Source: Octopus sinensis (Eukaryota). Taken from it: a stretch of DNA of 64,000 nucleotides. Below are positions 53,020-64,000 of the stretch, piece by piece (the stretch's first letter is position 1; every line of letters begins with the position of its first letter). The translations under genes were made by a program, and so were the position numbers. The notes under the pieces were generated by a model that made no database searches, had not been told where the DNA came from, and worked only from the letters and a program-made list of their open reading frames with translations. The stretch is from the NCBI RefSeq assembly GCF_006345805.1, contig NC_043000.1, positions 144,026,001-144,090,000 of the forward strand, in the 5' to 3' direction.

Positions 53020-55108
53020 ACATACATACATACATACGTATATATATATATATATATACATACATACATACATATATATATATGTATATGTATGTATGTA
53101 TATATATAAATAATAATATATATATATACACACACATACACATATATACATATATGCATATATATACATACACACATACACACATATATTTACGAATATT
53201 CTTAGATACAGTTAGGCACACAAAAATTTAAGTACGTGCATGTGTATATATGTGTTTCGGTTTGTATGTATGGGAATGAGAGACAGGGAGAAAGAGAGAG
53301 AGAGAGAGACGCTGTGTATGTACGCAAGTTTTTGTGACTGATCTTGGCAATGCGGTATATGTATTTGATCAAAATACTTTAGGGAAACCATAACTGAGAA
53401 ACTTCGACACACAGCTTTCGCAGGAGAAACGCAATGTCTCATTAGTGGTAAGTTCCAGTTTTGATATAACTGTTTTCATTTTTGATCCCGCTACAGGGAT
53501 CTGCTCTGTTGGGTATATTTCGTATGAAATAAGAGATTTTAGTGTCCGTGTGTAATTGAGATTTTGATGCAGTTGAAAGCAAACTCTGTCAAAACTAACC
53601 TAGAAGAATACATATATATTTTTAGTTGGGAATAGAATGTCAGATTTTGACACGTTGGAGCAAAAAGCTTATTGATGCAGATAAATTCTAATAGGTCTCT
53701 GTTGATTCAGTGAAACTGTCCTTCTCTTATACTGAAATATAGGCGATGTGTATATTACAGAATATATATGTACTGCTGCATATCAAGGTCAGCGTGATTT
53801 TGGAAGTGATACAGACGATGTTGAGTAGTTAAGTTTCGTTTTACACGTTCATATTTTCAGTTTTATCCCGATGAGTTGAGACTTGAGTAATCATCTTCCA
53901 CTATCACCTCAGGCTGACCTAATCTTTAAGCTTGCAATTATTTATTCGAAATCCGTGTGGAGGCTGTATAACTATCCCACATCTAGAAAAATAGATTTAA
54001 TGGGTTCCCTATTGATTCCAGGATGCTTTTTGAAGAATCTACAACATTACAAGCATTCTTACCACTTTTCTTTTGGTGTCCAAAATATTTAAAGATTATG
54101 TAGTGTAAGATGAACTAGCCGAACTTTTCAGCCGAACTTTTCAAGTAATGCAACACCAGATAGCCTCAATGGGGAGGCCACTCATGTTTAAGGTCACTTT
54201 GGGTAAATAAGGGATTTACAGAGAGGTTTATAGTTCTTATTGATAACCTTTATAAAGACGTCATCAGCTGTACAAGAAGATTGAATTTAGTTACTTATAC
54301 TCAATTTCTATACGTTAATGACATAACTGTCGCTCAGTACTCGTTTACACATCCATACACTTATCCACATAGAGAATTGTTTTAGTTAAATTTCTTTAGT
54401 TGTTTTGTGGCAAAATATTAATGTATGTATGTGGCAGCGATCATTTGACAAACACTACCACATTCTTCATTTTCAAACTATCCGTTATTTCAGAAATATC
54501 TATTTGAGCCTACCATCTGATGACGTGCAAGAACAATGTGAATTTCTGACACAGGAAAGACGAGACAGCTGCTACTTGAATGAATATCTTAGATTCAATA
54601 CAACCTCTACCGTCCTTCTGCTTCATTAGTAAACGTTCATTGACCTATGTGCAAGATCGATTAAACGATTATCCTGATATCTCTTATCTGTCATTTCTTT
54701 TGTGATGCAATATTTTCTAATTCTATGAATTAATACGTTCTATAGCATTTTATTCACCGTGACTCTTTTTACAGGGTCACATCTATATACACCTTATTCA
54801 AAACTTTTTCCAATACATCATTCTCAGAACAGTAATCCACTTAAATTATCACCTTTCTCAAATATTCTGTATAACAAGCAGTCGGACATTTTAATTCAGT
54901 AACAACTATATCACTATCTTCAACAAAACCCACAGAATCATTACGCAGTGTATCCACATAATTATGCCACATCGGTAATAAAACATTTTTACAGACCGCA
55001 AACATTTTTATCTCTTCGAAAAAAAGAAAAAAAGATAAATTCCTAGATGTATCAGATGAAACAATGAACTATTGTAAAATTTTGGGAATTACGATCTTTA
55101 ATAAACAT

Positions 55109-55435
55109 TAAGACTCCGCCGGTTACGACGACGAGGGTCCCAGCTGATACGATCAACGGAACAGCTTGCTCGTGAAATTAACGTGCAAATGGCTGAGCAT
55201 TCCACAGACCCGTGTACCCTTGACGTAGTTCCCGGGGATAATCAGCGTGACACAGAGAGTGACAAGGCTGACCCTTTGAAATACAAGTACAACTCATTTT
55301 TGCCAGCTGAGTGGACTGGAGCAACGTGAAATAAAGTGTCTTGCTCAAGGACACAACGCGTCGCCGGGAATCGAACTCACAACCTTACGATCATGAGCCG
55401 AATGCCCTAACCACTAAGCCACGCGCCCTCACTCC
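55109..55435 (-). mobile_element. Young SINE family C
   Basis: About 5 mismatches to 36836-37160 over about 320 bp; 11-bp TSD TTAATAAACAT (55098-108, 55436-46). Confidence 0.92.
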
Positions 55436-58400
55436 TTAATAAACATATGTTCTGAAGGATTAAGCGTTGGTCTAAGAATAATATATTAGGCTTTAAAAAT
55501 GAAAATGTTATTTAGATCTAAACGTGATTCGTGGCGTTACTTACAGTTACTTACTCTTCTGTGACGTTGCTAGAAATTTTGATGTAAACGTTTTTCTTTT
55601 AGACCAAATCTCAGTTTATTTATTGGAGAACGTTGCTATGGACCAGACCTCTTCCACAATGTTAACAGTTTTTAATTTAGTTAAGATCTGTATAAGCGAC
55701 AATCTCCGAGAAATGTTGCCTGTAAATAAATTGCAGCCTTCAGACTATTATTCAAATAATACCGTAGTTGAATGATAATGCAAAAAAAATCATTAATGTT
55801 ATTCGTGTTTTCTTGAAGTGCTTTCTAATGCTAAGAGGAGGCCATGTTACGTATCCTGTAGAACTAGGATGTCCTTGATTAGATGTAAGAAAATCTCGTA
55901 TATACGAAATCCAGATGATACAACTAAAGAGCTCTCAACAGCAACTGAATTAATGTTTGTGATTGTAGTGGGCCATATATTTAGGCAACATATTGAACCC
56001 ACCCAAGTCAAAACCTTCATCAAGCAAAAGCTATTAAGATATTAGTAACAGCTGTAATTCTCTGATATTGACCATGCAGATAATTTTGCTCTCACAGTTC
56101 AAGTGCATAATGAGCAAGACCGTGAGACCAATTGCCGTTTGTTGCAGTTGGTGTTGCCAAAATTTGATCTCTCTGAAGATAAATGAATACAACCTTTAAC
56201 GTAGATAAAAACCATCAGTAAATTTCTTTAAAAAATCACACACAGATCAGAATGGTTTGTGATTTCGAGTACATTAGGTTTCACGATGGTATAAAACATC
56301 TGATAATTAGATATCCCAAGGTGAGTAATAGTGGCCTTAATGTATGGAACGTATTCGTACTGGAGCCGACATCTCAAAGACGAAGACAAAGTTTACTCAA
56401 GATAGCATTTATTGTACGTACACTACGTTCTTTAAATCTTAAACATCTCACTGCATTAGTACAAGAACAAAACTTGCTATGTACACGTGCATTTCACCAA
56501 TTTTTGCTGTTCTTCAACAACATGGGGGAAGCTTTGATGGCTAGTGCTACAATGATGATTATTGGGATATATACAATATCATATTTGGCAGAATCCCTGA
56601 ATATATAGAGGATGAAGTCCACTCAAATGCATCGATATTATTGGCTGAAAAATAGAACATGAAACTCAGAACCTACCAAAGCTAATGGAGAGGAGTATTT
56701 TGGTGCAGCATTGTGGAACACATCCCAGTTGCAGCTATTTGAGATATAAGCAGTTATTTGACAAAACGATCAATGTGTGATGTTATAAGTAGCACAAATA
56801 TTTTTGTATCTTTGAAGATTATTTGTGCTTTCAAATTTTGTTTGACAACAGCGTTCACCTATACCTGTATATTAACATTTAATTTGCTTCATAAAATTAA
56901 CAATCAATATTTGAGAAATTTAAGAATTAACAATGAAGTGTACATGAATAATGTACAGAGAGTGCGTAACGAAAAAGTAAATGCTGAGCATGGAAACGTC
57001 GAGAGCAGTTGACATTGTTACGGTTTTCTTTGAATTATTTCATCCATTTCTCAAGTAAGGATAACCTTGAAATTGCTCTCAGCACATTCTGATAAAATGG
57101 ACAACACAAAACTATACACGATATGGAAATTCAAAGAATTACAGGTACAAGACAGTGAAATTATTGTGAAGTAATATAAATTCCTGATGATTGAAGTGTA
57201 ATAAATGCATATATATAAACGTGTATTTACGCAAATGAATGTATATGTGCACCTAAGTAAAACAGAAATCCATATGTGCAATGTTGACCATCCTGCACGC
57301 ATTCTTATACGTGCTCATATGTCGATACTTAAGTAGGTAGTACAGAATGTATATTTACTAAAATCGAATGAACTATCTTGTAATATGTTCCTTTTTATAT
57401 AATGTATTTACGTATACTTTTATTATAATGTTAATATATATCTGGAGGTGAATTCTTCCAAGTTCCTAAAATGTTTGAAACTTTTCAGACTCTGTTTATA
57501 ATTTCAGTTGTGTGACATAAGAAAATACTATATTTATGTTCCACTTTATATATATTTTCTTGTAATTTTAAATCGATATGTTATCTCACGAAAACAAAGC
57601 AGTCGTGTGTTTTATGAACAGGAGCGGAAGGGTAAAGTACTTTTATTTTTCATTGTGAGGCTGCTCGGCTCACGAAGAACTGACAGTGAGAATACACGAA
57701 CATGTCTATTGAATGTAGTATGCCAAAAGGTCTGTTCCGTTGATATTCGTAGAAAAAGAATATTTCACGAGAACTTGCATCGAAAGGATTATGGGAATGG
57801 ATAAAATGAAAATATTTTTTTTCGTGGAGAACAGTTGTGAGGGAGGTTTAGTTCACATGGGGTATAAGTCACTCTTTTTGCCAAAATTAATTTGAGGTGC
57901 TTGTTCAAGCAGAAGCATGAAAGAAAAGTAAGCCCCTGAGACAAATGTTACTGATTATTTGAACCCGTCCAATGTTATTGTTGAAATATGTAGTTTTCGA
58001 ACCAAGAGGAATTCATATGAATGGAGCATACATTCATTTACAGAAATTTACAGAAATTTGTACCTAGTTGCCTGAAATTGATTGCCAGTTGCGTGTACAG
58101 TTTGTACTAGGCTTTGCTGACCCCAATGTTCTAAGTACTTACGAGACATTGACTACTCAGTACTATCAATAAAGATTGGTGCTTATCTATATCCGATTAA
58201 TCATGTAAAGTCTAACTGTTGTAACTTTGATTTTGTTATGCTTGTTTAAATATGTTATTCGTAATGTTGAATAGGTGAATATACCGAGGATGATCCTAAT
58301 TAAATAACAAACAAAATATGAGAACAGAGAGGAAACTGCAAATTTACTAATGTACTGTTCAGGACAGTGCAATCTTCCGAAAGTCATATCGCTTCCACAC

Positions 58401-59616
58401 TTTGCACTACGTCTTTTCAAACATAACACTCTGCGATTTCGAGGTCTTGAATTAAAGGTAGACCATGAACATTGTGCAGTATCTCCAATGCACTTTTCTT
58501 AGATCAGGACTGAATCTTAGCATTTTTTTTTCATTCGGGGAAACATTTGTAACCAGAGATAAACCTTAACGAAAACTTGTTATGATATCATTTACTGTCA
58601 CAAAATTCTTTGCTTAATGCAAGGAGGTGTTTCGTGAGAATTTGTTTTCTTCTATGGAACGCGTAACGTCGGGTATAGGGATGGATAGAATGAAATCGAT
58701 GAAGAAAAAATAAACAGAGAATAAAATAAGACGATGAAGATTATATCAAAAAAAGTAATTGAGGTAGATGCAGTAAAAAATAAAAAAATAGCTGTATAGA
58801 TGCTAATAATTTGAGATGGATGGAAGGAACACGAAGGCAAAAAGGTTAACATAATGCACAGGAAAAATGGAGAAATGATATTTTTTCATCTACGTGCGGC
58901 CAGCATGTTTTCATACGCCTCCCCTGTTTATAACTTTCTGCAAGCTGCCTAATATTAGTCAGACTTCGAAAATATATGCACATGTACGTGAATACACACA
59001 TATATATATTACATGCATAACTATATACTAGTTAAAATATGTGATTATATATACATATAGGGGAATGGTGAAAGAGTGTGTATGTAGAGCGAGAGAGGAG
59101 GAGAGAATGAGTGAGAGGGAAAGAACCACCTAGAGTGAAAAGGAAAAGAAACAATACTGAAAAATCATGATTGAGAAAAATAATGATATATATATATATA
59201 TAAGATATACATTCAAGATATTAAAAAAATGAATGCATATGAAAGATGCAGCTTAGCTCGCAGTTGCACTATTAAATGCAAGTATAAACACAAACTAAAT
59301 ATATACTCTGTTACGGATGTAAACATGCTCAATTTCTTTTTTCGTCTCTCGTCTTCTTTCCTTGATATTTTTTACGTTTCTCAAAACGGAAATTTTCTGG
59401 AGGTTTATACTTAAACAGAGACATGTACAGATCAGACTGATACACACACACATAGACACACACATATTTACTCATGCTCACACAAGCGTACACAGATACG
59501 TACATATGTACACACATACATACAATCATCTGTATTATTATTATTCGTCTTATTTATATTGTTACCGTTATTATTCTTGATATATATGTATATAATCATT
59601 ACTACTAATATTATAG

Positions 59617-59696
59617 GTGAATTTCAGGAATATATCAACATCATTCCTTTGCACATCATGCAAGATCTTAGTATAGAGCTCAATGAAATGGAATGA
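59617..59696 (+). CDS. Weak candidate terminal exon
   Basis: CTAATATTATAG acceptor, frame xEFQEYINIIPLHIMQDLSIELNEME*. Confidence 0.18.
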
Positions 59697-60051
59697 GGGG
59701 AAGTTTCAGATGCTGAAATTCGAATGTATACGGACAACTTGAAACTGATGACACTTAGTAAAATCTATTCAAAGTAGGTATATTAAAAAAAATTAATTTT
59801 AATAAGATGAACATATGTGATAAATCATCTGTCTGGATGTCCTATCATATTTCGCTTTCATCAGCAATCGGAGAAAAGAAAAAAATATGAATGAGATTTA
59901 TTTTCTTTTATAGTCTCGCTAACCTTACCAGAGTTTTGAAAACTTCCGCTGCCTAGAATAATAAACTGAAAATTATGGGGAATATAGTGCAAGCACATAC
60001 ACAAACACGTACACACACACACAAACACACACGAACACATAAATGTATGTA

Positions 60052-60089
<38 letters not shown>

Positions 60090-60501
60090 CTCTTTTACTC
60101 TTTTACTCTTTTACTTGTTTCAGTCATTTGAGTGCGGCCATGCTGCAGCACCGCCTTTAATCGAGCAACTCGACCCCGGGACTTATTCTTTGTAAGCCCA
60201 GTACTTATTCTATCGGTCTCTTTTCGCCGAACCGCTAAGCCACGGGGACATAAATACACCAGCATCGGTTGTCAAGCAATGCTAGGGGGACAAACACAGA
60301 CACACAAACACACACACATACATATATATATACATATGTGCGATAGGATTCTTTCAGTTTCCGTCTACCAAATCCACTCACAATGCTTTGGTCGGCCCGA
60401 GGCTATAGTAGAAGACACTTGCCCAAGGTGCCACGCAGTGGGACTGAACCCGGAACCATGTGGTTGGTAAACAAGCTACTTACCACACAGCCACTCCTGC
60501 G

Positions 60502-60503
<2 letters not shown>
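60090..60503 (-). mobile_element. Well-preserved long tRNA-derived SINE, family F
   Basis: Head GGCGCAGGAGTGGCTGTGTGG, GGTTCAGTCCC B-box-like, internal (TA/TG) tract, (TAAAAGAG)3 tail. Confidence 0.88.
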
Positions 60504-60564
<61 letters not shown>

Positions 60565-60578
60565 AGAGAGAGAGAGAG

Positions 60579-60624
<46 letters not shown>

Positions 60625-60871
60625 TTATATGCATATATGGGTACAGGGGGTCACAAACTGTAAACATGAAATACGAATATATATATATATATATGCGCAT
60701 TATACATACATAGGTTGTAGCGACATGCAGTGACGCATGCAGAAAGTTCTATTATGCATATTTTCCTATAAACACATCCACACACAGACACATACGCGCT
60801 CACGCGCACACACATATATATGTAGTTAGATAGATAGATAGATATATAGATACACAGACATACAGTTAGAC

Positions 60872-60930
<59 letters not shown>

Positions 60931-60941
60931 CAGACAGACAT

Positions 60942-60980
<39 letters not shown>

Positions 60981-62810
60981 TGTTTCTTTATTAGCCACAC
61001 AGGGCTGCACACAGATAGAACAAATTACAAGGTAGAGCTTTTCTTTTGAAGGTATTAAAAAAAAAAAAAAAAAAAAAAGGAAGGGGGAGGTTCGATCAAA
61101 AGGGATCGTAAAAGGAGAGAAAGAGGACAAAAAAAGGGGGGTTAAAAAAAAAAAAGGGGGGGGGAGAGGAAAAAAAATGATCAATAGGGATCGTTATCAC
61201 AGAAATGTCAATATGAAGTGTAAAGGGGAGGACAGGTGAGGTTTACCCGTGGAAAGAAAAGCCTGCGGAAAAGACCACGGTAACCTCGGTCACTGAAGTC
61301 ACATTTTATATTTCTTTTTTTTTTTTTTTTTTTTTGCAAATAAGCAACTCTCTGTTTTCGATTTCTGGGTTCATAGGACTATGCTCAAGGTGGCTTCGTC
61401 ATTCATACGTGCCATTCTTGCTACATTCACCCATCTTTTTTTAAAACATTCGCTAGACAAAACTTGCCTCTCTACTCTCACTTTCCTTTTCAAGTGGTAC
61501 TTGAAGAAGTTGATGAGAGATTGACCAGAGAGGAAAGTGTTTGTCTCCAATCCTTTCAGACGCGTCCACCAGATACATTCTTTCGCCATAGCCACAAGGA
61601 TGATGAAAATAGCTCTTCCTTCCCGTTTGAAGGAAGGAGGCGTGACAATATTGACGATAGACTCAGCTGATAAACCGACTCGTCCCACACGTGACAGCAG
61701 TTGTTCGACATAAGCCCACAGGTCGGAAATTGTTGGACACTGAACGAGTGCGTGCAGAACGGTTTCGTCGCTCTGACCGCATCTCGGGCAGGTCGGCCCC
61801 GTGTTTCTCGAGCCGTGTCTGTAGAGCTTATCCCGAACGGGTAGCGCTTCTCGGTAGCACTGCCAGGCCAGGGATCTCTGGAAGTTGTCCATGGGCCCTG
61901 GCCCGAAAGTCGTCCCGAACAGGCGGGTCAGGTACTCCTCGTCGACGTCCAGGTTCGCCCCGAGCTCGTCGTCGTACCTCCCCTCCACTAAACCCCTATA
62001 GAATGCTTTGGTTGTGTTGAAGTCACTTAAGGTCGACCCAGGACGGCAGAGTTGCTTGAGAGCAACGCGACACTCGCGGTGCCATTCGCCCTTCCTCGGC
62101 CTCTTTTTGATCCACGACTGCAGTTCGGTCATGGAGACGAGCTGCGGGAAAGCGTGCCTCACAAACGGCGACCACACCTGTTCACCGTCGTCTACATAGA
62201 GCCAGAGATGTCGCAGTCTCAGCGCGTGTCTGCGCATCATCAACCACGGCATGCCCAGCCCTCCTTTTAACGGGTGTTGACAGCAAATGGATCGCCTGAC
62301 CATCGGGACGCATCCTTTCCACAAGAAGCGAAAGAGGATGCGTTGTAGTTTGGTGGTGGTAGGGTCGGGACAAGGTACGACGGTCAGGCGGTAGTAGATG
62401 ACGGACGCGATGTACGTGTTCGCCACCTCCGCTCGACCTTTTAGGGACAGTTTCCTCTCGCCCATTGCCGGGCGAGAGTGACCACCCTACTCGTTATCTC
62501 GTTCCAGTTCTTCTCCACTTGGAGGTCCGGACCAAACCAGACCCCGAGCAACTCAACCGGGCCGTCGGTCCAGCGTCCCACGACGGAGGCGCTGGTGGAC
62601 GGCATGGGCTTGCTTCTCCAGGTGCCTAGTCGCAAGCTCACTGACTTTTCCCGGTTGATTTTCGCTCCTGTCGCCGCTTCGTAGTTTTTCAGTGTCTCGC
62701 CGACCAGCTCGATATGCTCGTGGCTAGACACTATGACGGTGACGTCGTCCGCGTATGCAGACACGCTCGTCCCGCATCCCAATTCTCGCGGGATGCCCCT
62801 TAGAGTCGCC
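60981..62810 (-). mobile_element. Young 5'-truncated Tx1/L1-clade LINE (RT C-terminal half, zf-RVT, 3' UTR)
   Basis: SAYADD, LLGVWFG, LSLKGR, GGLGMP, CPRCGQSDETVLHALVQC; a single -1 frameshift near 62465; stop at 61371; ends AATAAAGAAACA. Confidence 0.93.
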
Positions 62811-62873
<63 letters not shown>

Positions 62874-62896
62874 CAGACAGATAGACAGACAGACAT

Positions 62897-62954
<58 letters not shown>

Positions 62955-62970
62955 GGATAGATAGATAGGG
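62811..62970. repeat. (GATA)n array; matching array at 60825-60980
   Basis: Direct reading; flanks both ends of the Tx1-type LINE. Confidence 0.95.
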
Positions 62971-64000
62971 AGTGAGAGAGAGGGAGACAGAAAGGGGAGC
63001 GAGACGAAAGAGAGAGAATGAGAGAGAGAGATTTGTGCTGCAGCCTAAATTGTGATGCCGATTCTTATCATCCTACTTGTTTAATAATATTTCCTTAGCA
63101 ATTGCTTGTGTTTTAGTTGCTGACCTTATTTTTTTTACGATAACAGCTACTTTGCAAATAGGGTGTCACGACTCACTTTTCCCTAAATCTAATGCTGCTA
63201 CTGCTGCCGTTGCTGTCGTTTGTCTGTTCTGAATCACTAACAAGTAGTGGCAGTTGTAACTGTTACTGTAATGTACACTGTTAACATGCTATGGTGTTTT
63301 TTTTATTGCTGACTTTGACAAAACGCTTAATATCTGCTGACACCTGTGCATATTTGATATGTGACCCTTTTCTAATACTGATGCTGCTACTACTACTGTT
63401 ACCACCACCACCACCATCACCATCATCACAGCTGCTGCTGCAGTGGGTTATGTCATGAAAAACAAACATTCAATTGCATAACGTCAAACGAAAGGCAATT
63501 GCAATACTTTGAAAGTTAACCATGAATATTTTATTAAAGATATATAGAATCTTTTAAAAACATTCTCAACCTGGTAACTACCAAACCTCTCTTACGATAT
63601 GCAGATTGCTCTCTTGTAGTGTATATTCCATTATGGTCTATATAACATGAGAAACGGTCATAAAACGTGTCACCTGCGACAGGGATTTGGAAAGAAAATT
63701 TAAATTGGTAAAAAAATAAGAGAAAGGTTACGAAGTTACGTATCGAAACACTGAAAAAATAACAGGTGAACAACTTTACTTTATAATCACTGTTTTTCAT
63801 ATAAAGTCGGTCATCACTCATTTTATGTTGTTTAAATAGAATAAAAATTGTTTAAGATTATTCTACAAAAATAATATATAGTCATTTTTTAGAATTGTTC
63901 TTGCTATTTAACCCTAGGTCAGTCGTGATATAGCAGATTTGTGATTAAGTGTAATCCAGCTGTGAGGATCCCATTCATATTAGGAATTATGTGTGTGCGT

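Overview
AT-rich, microsatellite-dense eukaryotic DNA. The SINE and LINE families look like those I recall from Octopus genomes (inference from memory, no search run). There is no intact long host CDS, no rRNA or true tRNA gene and no CRISPR array. The window is mostly mobile-element debris: a near-identical inverted pair of D,D34D mariners, other Tc1/mariner remnants and two MITEs; a 5'-truncated CR1-type LINE in (TA)n; a young Tx1/L1-clade LINE inside a (GATA)n array plus an older deleted relative; a cluster of R4/Dong-type LINE fragments; Penelope-like elements; and about 20 tRNA-derived SINE copies. Most ORFs in the supplied track are microsatellite artefacts. The strongest unexpected signal is a well-formed type I hammerhead ribozyme motif at 9819-9878, upstream of a decayed Penelope-like element. 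Next are a fold-back Penelope structure at 8145-9065 whose spacer is an open RT catalytic segment, and two phase-compatible micro-exon candidates (24426-24471, 47747-47793), which suggest much of the window is intronic to an unidentified + strand gene. All alignments and identities were judged by eye.
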